From TPA_inf: Saccharomyces (lineage: Eukaryota): 64,000 nt of DNA. The DNA is taken from contig BK006942.2 in the NCBI GenBank assembly GCA_000146045.2, positions 32,001 to 96,000 of the forward strand, given 5' to 3'. Below are positions 9,825 to 19,758 of the stretch, piece after piece. The position numbers and the translations under genes were made by a program. Below the pieces are notes generated by a model. It searched no databases and had not been told where the DNA came from. It saw only the letters and a list, made by a program, of their open reading frames with translations. Positions within the stretch are counted from its first letter, which is position 1; each line of letters opens with the position of its first letter.

Positions 9825-12800
9825 ATGGACTCTTCCCCGAACAAGAAGACGTACCGCTACCCTCGCAGATCGCTGTCACTTCACGCGCGTGATAGGGTCA
9901 GCGAAGCCCGTAAATTGGAAGAATTGAATTTGAACGATGGGCTGGTTGCCGCTGGCTTGCAGTTGGTCGGTGTAGCGTTAGAGAAACAAGGTACAGGATC
10001 ACATATATACATGAAACAGAAGAATTTCTCAGCTAATGACGTTTCTTCGTCACCAATGGTTTCCGAAGAAGTGAACGGATCGGAAATGGATTTTAATCCG
10101 AAGTGCATGCCTCAGGACGCATCACTCGTCGAAAGAATGTTTGATGAGCTTTTAAAAGATGGAACTTTTTTTTGGGGGGCTGCTTATAAGAATTTACAAA
10201 ACATCTCTCTACGAAGGAAATGGTTATTGATATGTAAAATCCGTAGTTCCAATCATTGGGGGAAAAAGAAAGTGACTTCGAGCACGACATACTCTACACA
10301 TTTGGCCACTAATGAACTAGCTGAAAACGCACACTTTTTGGATGGCCTAGTTAGAAACCTTTCAACAGGTGGCATGAAGTTATCGAAGGCTCTATATAAA
10401 CTAGAAAAATTCCTGCGAAAGCAAAGCTTTTTGCAACTTTTTCTCAAGGATGAAATTTACTTGACGACATTGATCGAAAAGACTTTGCCACTCATATCCA
10501 AGGAATTACAATTTGTTTATCTTCGGTGCTTTAAAATACTGATGAACAACCCACTGGCGAGAATAAGAGCACTACATTCTGAGCCTTTAATTCGCTGGTT
10601 CACCGAGCTTCTGACGGATCAAAATTCTAATTTGAAATGTCAGTTACTTTCTATGGAGTTACTTTTATTATTAACGTATGTTGAGGGTTCCACGGGTTGT
10701 GAGTTGATATGGGACCAGCTTTCCATATTATTCACCGATTGGCTAGAATGGTTTGACAAAATCCTTGCGGATGATATTGCAATTCATTCATCCCTTTATT
10801 TGAACTGGAACCAATTAAAAATAGACTATTCGACAACTTTCCTACTGCTAATAAACTCCATACTGCAAGGTTTCAACAACAAGACTGCACTAGAAATTTT
10901 GAATTTTTTGAAAAAGAATAATATACATAACACTATCACATTTTTAGAACTGGCCTATAAAGATGATCCTAATAGTGTCGTGATCATGGAACAAATAAAA
11001 CAATTCAAATCCAAAGAATCTGCGATATTTGACTCGATGATAAAAACTACCAACGATACGAATTCGCTTCACCCAACAAAAGATATCGCAAGAATAGAAA
11101 GCGAGCCTCTATGTCTTGAAAATTGCCTGTTATTGAAGGCAAAAGATAGTCCCGTAGAGGCACCAATAAACGAGATTATTCAATCGCTGTGGAAAATCTT
11201 AGACTCTCAAAAACCATACTCAGAATCTATTAAACTATTAAAATTGATAAATTCTTTGCTGTTTTATCTCATAGATTCCTTTCAAGTGTCAACGAATCCT
11301 TCTTTTGATGAAACCTTGGAGTCCGCAGAAAATGTGGATTATGTTTTTCAAGATTCTGTTAATAAATTGTTGGATTCTCTACAATCTGATGAAATTGCTA
11401 GAAGAGCGGTCACAGAAATTGATGATCTTAATGCTAAGATTTCTCATTTGAATGAAAAATTAAATTTAGTAGAAAATCATGATAAAGATCATTTAATAGC
11501 AAAACTAGATGAAAGTGAATCTTTGATATCTCTGAAAACCAAGGAAATTGAAAATCTGAAACTGCAGTTGAAGGCAACCAAGAAAAGACTAGACCAAATT
11601 ACCACGCATCAAAGGTTATATGACCAGCCACCTTCATTGGCAAGTAGCAACTTGAGTATTGCCGGCTCGATAATAAAAAATAATAGTCATGGAAATATCA
11701 TTTTCCAAAATTTAGCAAAAAAGCAACAGCAGCAGCAAAAAATTTCTCTGCCCAAGCGTTCAACTAGTCTACTAAAAAGTAAAAGAGTTACGTCCCTTTC
11801 ATCATATTTAACTGATGCAAATAACGAAAATGAGTCCCAAAATGAATCCGAAGATAAATCAAAAGACTCATTATTTCAAAGATCTACGTCAACCATTAAT
11901 TTTAATATCCCTTCTATGAAAAATATTACTAATATGCAAAATGTCTCTCTAAATTCGATACTTTCAGAGTTGGAATTTTCAAATAGCCTAGGAACACAAC
12001 CTAATTACCAATCGTCTCCCGTGTTGTCTTCGGTTTCTTCTTCACCAAAACTTTTCCCTCGACTTTCCTCAGATAGTCTTGATAATGGAATCCAACTAGT
12101 ACCTGAAGTTGTTAAACTACCTCAACTTCCACCGCCCCCTCCTCCACCTCCCCCTCCTCCACTTCCACAGTCTCTTTTGACTGAAGCAGAAGCTAAACCG
12201 GATGGTGTTTCCTGTATTGCAGCACCTGCACCGCCACCCCTTCCAGATCTATTTAAAACTAAAACTTGTGGCGCCGTTCCACCACCACCACCGCCACCGC
12301 CTTTACCCGAGTCCTTGTCGATGAACAAAGGCCCCTCCAATCACGATTTAGTTACTCCTCCAGCTCCACCTTTACCAAATGGTCTTCTTTCTTCCTCCTC
12401 AGTGTCTATCAATCCAACGACAACCGATTTAAAACCACCTCCAACTGAAAAGCGATTGAAGCAAATCCACTGGGATAAGGTGGAGGATATCAAAGACACA
12501 CTTTGGGAAGACACGTTTCAACGCCAAGAAACAATCAAAGAATTACAAACTGATGGTATATTCTCTCAGATTGAAGATATTTTTAAGATGAAAAGTCCGA
12601 CTAAGATTGCAAATAAAAGGAACGCAGAATCCTCAATTGCCTTGTCTTCAAACAATGGCAAGTCTTCCAATGAGCTGAAGAAAATTTCATTCTTATCAAG
12701 AGATTTGGCTCAGCAATTTGGTATTAATTTACACATGTTTTCCCAATTATCTGATATGGAATTTGTTATGAAAGTATTGAACTGTGATAACGACATTGTC

Positions 12801-13952
12801 CAAAATGTTAACATACTGAAATTTTTTTGTAAAGAAGAGTTAGTAAATATACCAAAAAGTATGCTTAATAAGTACGAGCCATATTCACAGGGTAAGGATG
12901 GTAAAGCAGTAAGTGACTTACAAAGAGCTGACAGAATATTTTTGGAGTTGTGTATCAATTTAAGATTTTATTGGAATGCAAGATCAAAGAGTCTGCTGAC
13001 ATTGTCAACATACGAGAGAGATTATTACGATTTGATTTTCAAGTTACAAAAAATTGATGATGCAATTTCACACTTAAATCGTTCACCTAAATTTAAAAGT
13101 TTGATGTTTATTATCACGGAAATAGGCAATCATATGAATAAAAGAATTGTTAAGGGTATCAAATTGAAGTCATTGACTAAACTTGCCTTTGTCAGATCCA
13201 GTATTGATCAAAATGTATCATTTTTGCATTTTATTGAAAAAGTCATAAGAATAAAATATCCTGATATATACGGTTTTGTGGATGATTTGAAGAACATTGA
13301 AGATTTAGGTAAAATCTCACTAGAACACGTTGAATCAGAGTGTCATGAATTTCATAAAAAAATTGAGGATTTAGTTACTCAGTTTCAAGTAGGAAAGCTA
13401 TCCAAAGAGGAGAACTTAGACCCCAGAGATCAAATTATTAAAAAGGTCAAGTTTAAGATTAATCGGGCCAAAACAAAAAGTGAATTATTGATTGGTCAAT
13501 GTAAATTAACTTTAATAGATTTGAATAAACTGATGAAATATTACGGTGAAGATCCCAAAGATAAAGAGAGTAAAAACGAATTTTTCCAACCCTTTATTGA
13601 ATTTTTAGCCATGTTTAAGAAATGTGCCAAGGAAAACATTGAAAAGGAGGAAATGGAAAGAGTGTACGAACAAAGGAAGAGCTTGTTAGATATGAGGACA
13701 AGCAGTAATAAGAAAAGCAATGGAAGTGATGAAAACGATGGTGAAAAAGTAAACAGGGATGCTGTTGATCTACTCATATCTAAATTACGCGAAGTAAAGA
13801 AGGATCCAGAACCTCTAAGAAGAAGAAAGAGTACAAAACTCAATGAAATAGCCATTAACGTACATGAAGGAGATGTAAAAACGAGAAAGGATGAAGATCA
13901 CGTTTTACTAGAGAGAACGCATGCTATGCTGAACGATATTCAAAATATATAG
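9825..13952 (+). CDS. BNR1: Formin (Bni1-related), 1375 aa
   Basis: N-terminal GBD/FH3-like region, FH1 polyproline tracts (PPPPPPPPPPPLP, APAPPPLP, PPPPPPPPPLP at about 12120-12360), and C-terminal FH2 with the formin GN..M motif (EIGNHMN...). Confidence 0.95.
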   Translation: MDSSPNKKTYRYPRRSLSLHARDRVSEARKLEELNLNDGLVAAGLQLVGVALEKQGTGSHIYMKQKNFSANDVSSSPMVSEEVNGSEMDFNPKCMPQDASLVERMFDELLKDGTFFWGAAYKNLQNISLRRKWLLICKIRSSNHWGKKKVTSSTTYSTHLATNELAENAHFLDGLVRNLSTGGMKLSKALYKLEKFLRKQSFLQLFLKDEIYLTTLIEKTLPLISKELQFVYLRCFKILMNNPLARIRALHSEPLIRWFTELLTDQNSNLKCQLLSMELLLLLTYVEGSTGCELIWDQLSILFTDWLEWFDKILADDIAIHSSLYLNWNQLKIDYSTTFLLLINSILQGFNNKTALEILNFLKKNNIHNTITFLELAYKDDPNSVVIMEQIKQFKSKESAIFDSMIKTTNDTNSLHPTKDIARIESEPLCLENCLLLKAKDSPVEAPINEIIQSLWKILDSQKPYSESIKLLKLINSLLFYLIDSFQVSTNPSFDETLESAENVDYVFQDSVNKLLDSLQSDEIARRAVTEIDDLNAKISHLNEKLNLVENHDKDHLIAKLDESESLISLKTKEIENLKLQLKATKKRLDQITTHQRLYDQPPSLASSNLSIAGSIIKNNSHGNIIFQNLAKKQQQQQKISLPKRSTSLLKSKRVTSLSSYLTDANNENESQNESEDKSKDSLFQRSTSTINFNIPSMKNITNMQNVSLNSILSELEFSNSLGTQPNYQSSPVLSSVSSSPKLFPRLSSDSLDNGIQLVPEVVKLPQLPPPPPPPPPPPLPQSLLTEAEAKPDGVSCIAAPAPPPLPDLFKTKTCGAVPPPPPPPPLPESLSMNKGPSNHDLVTPPAPPLPNGLLSSSSVSINPTTTDLKPPPTEKRLKQIHWDKVEDIKDTLWEDTFQRQETIKELQTDGIFSQIEDIFKMKSPTKIANKRNAESSIALSSNNGKSSNELKKISFLSRDLAQQFGINLHMFSQLSDMEFVMKVLNCDNDIVQNVNILKFFCKEELVNIPKSMLNKYEPYSQGKDGKAVSDLQRADRIFLELCINLRFYWNARSKSLLTLSTYERDYYDLIFKLQKIDDAISHLNRSPKFKSLMFIITEIGNHMNKRIVKGIKLKSLTKLAFVRSSIDQNVSFLHFIEKVIRIKYPDIYGFVDDLKNIEDLGKISLEHVESECHEFHKKIEDLVTQFQVGKLSKEENLDPRDQIIKKVKFKINRAKTKSELLIGQCKLTLIDLNKLMKYYGEDPKDKESKNEFFQPFIEFLAMFKKCAKENIEKEEMERVYEQRKSLLDMRTSSNKKSNGSDENDGEKVNRDAVDLLISKLREVKKDPEPLRRRKSTKLNEIAINVHEGDVKTRKDEDHVLLERTHAMLNDIQNI

Positions 13953-14200
13953 TGAAGACTTAGTATTTTATGTAGTTGTGGAGCTTATATAAAGAAATGG
14001 ACAATATTCGCAATCGCTTCTCAAAAGGGAAATATTTTCCCTTTTCGGGCGGTGGTCGTGTTGACAAATTTCCTAGTTAAGAACTAAGATTTGGAGATGG
14101 ACAGATTCATTAATAAATTTCAAAATAAGCACAGAAAGCATCGAATTTTTAGCTCAAAACAATCTACTTTTCAATCATCAAAACAGACTATTGAATAAAG

Positions 14201-14815
14201 ATGGGCAATGTGTCTGTGGCAGTGGGAACGGCAGTTGGGATTCCAATTGCTGTGGGCGTAATAATAGCCCTGATATTTTGGTGTAAATTACAACGACGTT
14301 ACAAAAAAGAAGAGATTAGAGATGCTGATTTGGAGAAGATGGTAATGGAAGAAGTGGCAGTGTCGGTATATGATGGTTTTAAAGCCGAAATTAACAGCTC
14401 AAGTGAAGCTTCCACGATAAACGAAAAGGAAGCAAACCAGGATCTTAAACCCTGCCAAGAAAAAACCGCCAAGGCAGGGTACACACCAGCATACAGAAGG
14501 CAATTGAACGCTAGTATGGGGACTTTGCGTCCAAAAAAGCAGAGCACTGCATATACCAATGTCCCCGTCATTTTCAGCGGCGAAAAGGTGAATTATGGGA
14601 TGGTCAGAGATCCTTCCTATAGTTTTATGTATCCACTGACGCTATCGCGCAAAGAAACGAGTAGTTTGAGATCAGCTTCTACGTCAAACTTGTCATCGAG
14701 CACAGAAAATACTGCGTTACACGAAGAAATAAAACTGGATGACCCATATGAAAACGATTTTACGAATTATACTGTCAACAAGAGAGAATTTATTGACAGC
14801 TTACGGCCACACTAA
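14201..14815 (+). CDS. AIM20: Small single-pass membrane protein, 204 aa (YIL158W)
   Basis: N-terminal TM helix [23 protein letters not shown] followed by a basic stop-transfer stretch. Its position between BNR1 and COA1 matches YIL158W. Confidence 0.85.
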
Positions 14816-14948
14816 TATATATGCATATAGATATATAAACGTACCTACATAGTTTTGCATTTGTATAGATACCCAGACCACTTGTAATAACGATAAAAAT
14901 AAAATAATAATAAAGGATATTTACAGACAAATAGCACCATACTTGCTA

Positions 14949-15542
14949 TTAAATTGGTGTCTTGGTATTTTCAGCTAGCAAATCGATCTTTTGGCCAGCG
15001 GCAGTGACGCTCCATTCATGAATCAAAAACTCTTCGTCGTGAGTGTTCCTATCGGCAACCAGTCTAACGGTTCCAGTAACGTTTTTGTCCCCCTTGATAT
15101 AAAACGTAATGTTAATCCTACCCTTCACAGAGTTCAGTTCACCGTAGACCCAAGGGATGATACCATCAAATTCTATGCTCTCACCCAGTATGTTTTTAGT
15201 TGCTGGAGACCGTCTTATATAATACAGCGTGTTGGAGATAATGGGGGACTCCGTCTTTTCATAGTTGAAGATCAAAGATAGTGCGGACCCAATGGCCACA
15301 GAAAACAACAAAAATCCAGCTATTCGCTTTCTCCTCTCCGTGGTTGGGTCAGGCAATTCTCTGTCAATTCTCAATGGCCTGTTCTTGTCTTTCAAAACGA
15401 TCTTGGCCTCATCTTCAGCGACACTATTATTGAATCTAGCGCTGGTAGAGAATGAGTGCAGCAAGGAACCACGCACTAGCACAGCCTTAGCTGCAGAAGG
15501 TGTCACTTTCGGCAACCCTTTAGTTACTAGTCTTAACATCAT
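14949..15542 (-). CDS. COA1: Cytochrome c oxidase assembly factor, 197 aa
   Basis: MMLRLVTKGLPKV... mitochondrial presequence-like N-terminus, one TM segment (IAGFLLFSVAIGSALSLIF). Length and position match YIL157C. Confidence 0.85.
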   Translation of the reverse strand: MMLRLVTKGLPKVTPSAAKAVLVRGSLLHSFSTSARFNNSVAEDEAKIVLKDKNRPLRIDRELPDPTTERRKRIAGFLLFSVAIGSALSLIFNYEKTESPIISNTLYYIRRSPATKNILGESIEFDGIIPWVYGELNSVKGRINITFYIKGDKNVTGTVRLVADRNTHDEEFLIHEWSVTAAGQKIDLLAENTKTPI

Positions 15543-15693
15543 GTATAGTCTGTTTTATCTTTTACTTTTATGTCGTGGACTGGTACGGAGAGAAAGATCG
15601 AACTGTTTTAAAACTGGGATTAAAATGACAAGAAGGCGCTTTCTTTCTCTCCACAATGATCAAAACAAGAACAAGCAAAACGCAAAGAGATGA
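15292..15693 (+). CDS. YIL156W-A, dubious ORF antisense to and overlapping COA1
   Basis: ATG ORF lying entirely or largely inside the COA1 coding strand complement. No features of a real protein; reported for completeness only. Confidence 0.15.
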   Translation: MATENNKNPAIRFLLSVVGSGNSLSILNGLFLSFKTILASSSATLLLNLALVENECSKEPRTSTALAAEGVTFGNPLVTSLNIMYSLFYLLLLCRGLVRRERSNCFKTGIKMTRRRFLSLHNDQNKNKQNAKR

Positions 15694-15973
15694 CATTAGT
15701 AAGTACCCAAATGAGCTACTAACAACGCATCCGGTAATACTAACAAGAGAAATTGGTTAGGTAGGGAAACTAGTACACATATCCATAGATTTGGTCTTGG
15801 TATCAACGTGCCTCGCGGGGATTAAACGCAATACAGGTTTGACGCCTAAACTGGAGACTCTGGACAATCAGACTATGAGAAACTACATGAAGCGGTACTT
15901 GAACTTGGGAGAGTCTGTATACGACTATTCTGTTGCCACTTGTGGCTCCTCGACGTATTTCGCTAGGAAATAG
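15690..15973 (+). CDS. YIL156W-B, spliced micro-gene, 73 aa: join(15690..15698,15761..15973) with a 62-nt intron
   Basis: ATGACATTA then GTAAGT 5' splice site; two TACTAAC branch points inside the intron; 3' splice TTAG at 15758-15760. Exon 2 is in frame (VGKLVHISIDLVLVSTCLAG...YFARK*). The track shows only the TTG-initiated exon-2 piece (15791-15973). Confidence 0.7.
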
Positions 15974-16090
15974 GTACGTTTATATTCTATATATGTTGAT
16001 AATATTTTGTATAACGGCACCCAGCCGGGGGCCAAAATTAATAACCGCAACTTAAAGAGCTATCGCTATCGATTACGCATAGAACTTTAA

Positions 16091-19000
16091 ATGCTAGACG
16101 ATGATAAGGGCACGGCCATGCATCCACATATAACGCCGTTCACGCCTGAGTACTCAAATGAATTACTGCGAAGGGTCCAGGACCTGTACCACGAAGATAT
16201 CAAGCACTACTATCCGCAGCTAAAACTGGAGAAGCTGCTGGACCTTCTGGAGCATACAGAGTACCTATTCGAGTTATATCTAGATTCAATCCATCACGAT
16301 AGGCCCAACGATGCACTGACAGCGTTTATCATTGGATGCTACTACGTGTTCTTAATTATTCCACAATCTTTGCAGTTCCAAACACGAAACAAGTCCTACA
16401 GCATCTATACAGATCTAAAAAAGATGTATGAGAATGAAATGAACATGACCAATGTTGTGCTTATGGTGAAGAAAGAAATCGGTGTGGTCCTAGATGAATC
16501 GGTTAAACACGGGGCCGGTATTGAGCACAGAATCACCAAGAAGAGGGCATTTTCAGTTCCAGCTGACGATCTTTCAGGTCAGGTAGCTTCACTATCACTT
16601 GACACCGCGGCACCGCAAGATCATGGCCTCAAAGGCACGTTTACTGAAGACGACGCAGAACAATCTTCACCTGTTTGGACAGCACCAAACTTAGAGCCCA
16701 ACGACCAATTGAAACTGGCTTTATTGCCCGAAGTGATACCAACGCCAGCTTTTCGTGAGCCTGAAAGAAAGACAAGTGTTCCAGTGAGACCATCTGTTTT
16801 ATTGGAAGATGTACCCTCCATATACCACGAGGATGACACTAGTTTCGCATCTTTGAACCCACCATTTCGAGAAATAACCGCAGATAGATCAGTAACTCAT
16901 CGAAAGGATTCTTACCATTCTGTTTATATGGTGGATAGCGGCAACCTCAAGGAAGACAATGATGATCTGTTCAACGTTGAGAATGATGGCTTCATCCAGA
17001 GTTTGGATATTTTACAAAAGCAGAGTATAATCACAGCACCAGAATTGTTTAGTATTTTATCGAATCGCGTTGAACGTGAAAAGGTTTTACTCATCGACTT
17101 GAGAATACCACAAAGATCTGCAATAAATCACATTGTGGCTCCGAACTTAGTGAATGTGGATCCAAACTTGTTGTGGGACAAGCAGACGAACACACCTATC
17201 TACAAGGATGACATATTGGAACATTTACTGAAGGAGAATGAGAATTTTATAAACCGTAATAAATTTGATTACATTGTTTACTATACTGATGTGAAGACCT
17301 TCATGACTATAAATTTTGATTATGCATTTATTTTTTTTTATTTGATGCTGACTTCTCAGAAGACTCCTTTAACAACTGTACCTACTACCCTCTTAGGTGG
17401 GTACGAAAAATGGAAGAAAACTCTGCATTCGTATGCCCAGGAGTATCATATCTCTATTGAAGATTACTTGTACAGACCTTACTCACAGAAGGCGCGCTTA
17501 CAACAGGAGCAGCAGCAGCAGCAGCAGCAGCCGGATTCTCAGGACTCTTTTTCCGCTAAGGAATCATCTACAAAAGTTCCTGAGCCTCCCTCCTGGAAGC
17601 CCCCTGACCTGCCTATAAGGTTAAGGAAACGTCCTCCACCTCCACCGCCTGTATCAATGCCCACAACCCCAGAAATTCCACCTCCTCTGCCCCCTAAGAT
17701 AATGGTTCATTCACAAGTCAGTTCTATCTCTCGAAAGCCGCCAATACCAGCAAAGCAGCATGTCAAAAAGGAACAACTTAACTCCAATGAAATTATTCAA
17801 AGAAAAAGACAGCACCAGCATCAGCATTACGACCAACAAATATTACAACCGCAAAGGGCGTACAATATTCCAACTATTGAACGCAGTCCAAACGTATACG
17901 TTTCGTTGTCCATCACGGGACTAAGAAATTTGGGCAATACATGTTACATTAATAGTATGATACAATGTCTATTCGCTGCGAAAACATTCCGGACACTCTT
18001 CATTTCATCCAAATATAAGAGCTATCTGCAACCAATAAGGAGCAACGGATCTCATTATTCTCCTAAACTTTCGAATTCACTAAGTATGCTCTTCAACAAG
18101 ATGTATCTAAATGGTGGTTGCTCAGTTGTCCCAACAGGATTTCTCAAAGTTATCAATCAATTGCGTCCCGATTTGAAAATTCCTGATGACCAACAGGATA
18201 CCCAAGAGTTCCTAATGATACTTTTAGACAGGTTACACGATGAACTTTCCGACCAACAGCATGTAGCGAACGATTATCCGAATTTATTATTGTATAATGC
18301 AGATGCCCTAAAGGTTTCAAACAACGAATATAAGCACTGGTTTGACAAAAATGTCATTGGTAATGGTATATCTCCTATTGATGACATTTTTCAAGGGCAA
18401 ATGGAGAACAGCTTACAATGTAAAAGGTGCGGTTACACTACTTTCAACTATAGCACATTTTATGTTTTATCACTGGCTATACCAAGACGTTCCATGAAGT
18501 TGAGTAAACTTGGTAGGTCTACTGAGAAAAGAGTTAAGTTAGAGGATTGTATTAATATGTTTACAAGCGATGAGGTACTCTCTGGTGAAAATGCATGGGA
18601 TTGCCCACGCTGTGGCCCCACGGCGTCTGTGTCTACATCTGTGTCTGCATTAGAGAATGAGCCATCCATTGTTAAGAGTAAAAAGAAAAAAAGTCGGTTT
18701 TTTACATTACATACAGGAACCAAGCGTCGTCATCTCGACTTTTTTGGAGACGGTATTACTGAGGGCCATAATAGCAATAATAATAATACGACAATCTTTG
18801 AACGAGAAAGGTCCAGATCACCCTTCAGGATGTTGGGTGGTAGTGGGAAGAGGTCCAGTTCCAGTACACCGTTCAGTACTGGTGGTAATGATAGTAACAA
18901 CTCGAGTGATTACAAGAACAAAAAATTGACAACAGTGAAAACGATAAATTTTGTAACTTTACCAAAAATCTTAGTCATCCATTTATCGAGATTTTATTAC

Positions 19001-19306
19001 GATTTGACCAAGAAAAATAACACCGTCGTAACATATCCATTGATACTAAACATTATATTGAAAAACAATGACACTATGAAATATAAGCTATTTGGAGTGG
19101 TTAACCATACAGGCACATTAATCAGTGGCCATTACACGTCACTGGTGAATAAAGACCTTGAACACAATGTGAATATTGGGCGTTCTAAATGGTACTATTT
19201 CGACGATGAGGTTGTCAAGGCAGATAGGAAACATGGATCTGATAAAAACTTGAAAATTTCAAGTAGCGATGTCTACGTATTGTTTTATGAAAGGGTTTAT
19301 GACTAG
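16091..19306 (+). CDS. UBP7: Ubiquitin-specific protease, 1071 aa
   Basis: Cys box GLRNLGNTCYINSMIQCLF and His box (VVNHTGTLISGHYTSLV...WYYFDD), central poly-Q and poly-P linker, rhodanese-like region upstream of the catalytic domain. Confidence 0.95.
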   Translation: MLDDDKGTAMHPHITPFTPEYSNELLRRVQDLYHEDIKHYYPQLKLEKLLDLLEHTEYLFELYLDSIHHDRPNDALTAFIIGCYYVFLIIPQSLQFQTRNKSYSIYTDLKKMYENEMNMTNVVLMVKKEIGVVLDESVKHGAGIEHRITKKRAFSVPADDLSGQVASLSLDTAAPQDHGLKGTFTEDDAEQSSPVWTAPNLEPNDQLKLALLPEVIPTPAFREPERKTSVPVRPSVLLEDVPSIYHEDDTSFASLNPPFREITADRSVTHRKDSYHSVYMVDSGNLKEDNDDLFNVENDGFIQSLDILQKQSIITAPELFSILSNRVEREKVLLIDLRIPQRSAINHIVAPNLVNVDPNLLWDKQTNTPIYKDDILEHLLKENENFINRNKFDYIVYYTDVKTFMTINFDYAFIFFYLMLTSQKTPLTTVPTTLLGGYEKWKKTLHSYAQEYHISIEDYLYRPYSQKARLQQEQQQQQQQPDSQDSFSAKESSTKVPEPPSWKPPDLPIRLRKRPPPPPPVSMPTTPEIPPPLPPKIMVHSQVSSISRKPPIPAKQHVKKEQLNSNEIIQRKRQHQHQHYDQQILQPQRAYNIPTIERSPNVYVSLSITGLRNLGNTCYINSMIQCLFAAKTFRTLFISSKYKSYLQPIRSNGSHYSPKLSNSLSMLFNKMYLNGGCSVVPTGFLKVINQLRPDLKIPDDQQDTQEFLMILLDRLHDELSDQQHVANDYPNLLLYNADALKVSNNEYKHWFDKNVIGNGISPIDDIFQGQMENSLQCKRCGYTTFNYSTFYVLSLAIPRRSMKLSKLGRSTEKRVKLEDCINMFTSDEVLSGENAWDCPRCGPTASVSTSVSALENEPSIVKSKKKKSRFFTLHTGTKRRHLDFFGDGITEGHNSNNNNTTIFERERSRSPFRMLGGSGKRSSSSTPFSTGGNDSNNSSDYKNKKLTTVKTINFVTLPKILVIHLSRFYYDLTKKNNTVVTYPLILNIILKNNDTMKYKLFGVVNHTGTLISGHYTSLVNKDLEHNVNIGRSKWYYFDDEVVKADRKHGSDKNLKISSSDVYVLFYERVYD

Positions 19307-19639
19307 CAAAATTTTGCATTTTTTTTTTTGCACCATAAATATGTATTGCGTATGCACCAGGACGTTGAAGAATATTATTTAGTGTTTCTATATTTTATGA
19401 TAAAACTAGAGATAAAGGGGATAATTAAAACGATATTAAAACGGAAGTCTACACAATGATTATATAGATTATATTATGTATTGGAAATAGAATATAAACA
19501 CTAGGAAGGTCATAATTTGAAGATCAATTGTAGTAGTAGAGTCTATTACCTCTTTTTTTTTTTTTCTTCATATATTTTTGTAGTTTTTTTAGTTTACTTT
19601 AACTCTTCCATTAAGGAAAATAGGTAATAATAGCGATTT

Positions 19640-19725
19640 CATTGCCATTACCACCATTATTATTATTGTTATTACTATCATTATTATTATTATCATCATT
19701 ACCATTATTATTACTCTTGTGAATG
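19640..19725. repeat. Imperfect (ATT/AAT)n trinucleotide microsatellite, about 85 bp
   Basis: attattattgttattactatcattattattattatcatcattaccattattatt sits in the convergent 3' region between UBP7 and GUT2. Confidence 0.8.
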
Positions 19726-19758
19726 TTATCTTTGTCACCCTTAACTATCATGATCGAT

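Noticed and set aside
12122-12340. Minus-strand poly-Gly ORF (GGGGGGGGGGGS...)
   Set aside because: It is the exact complement of the BNR1 FH1 polyproline CCN repeats; a low-complexity artefact.
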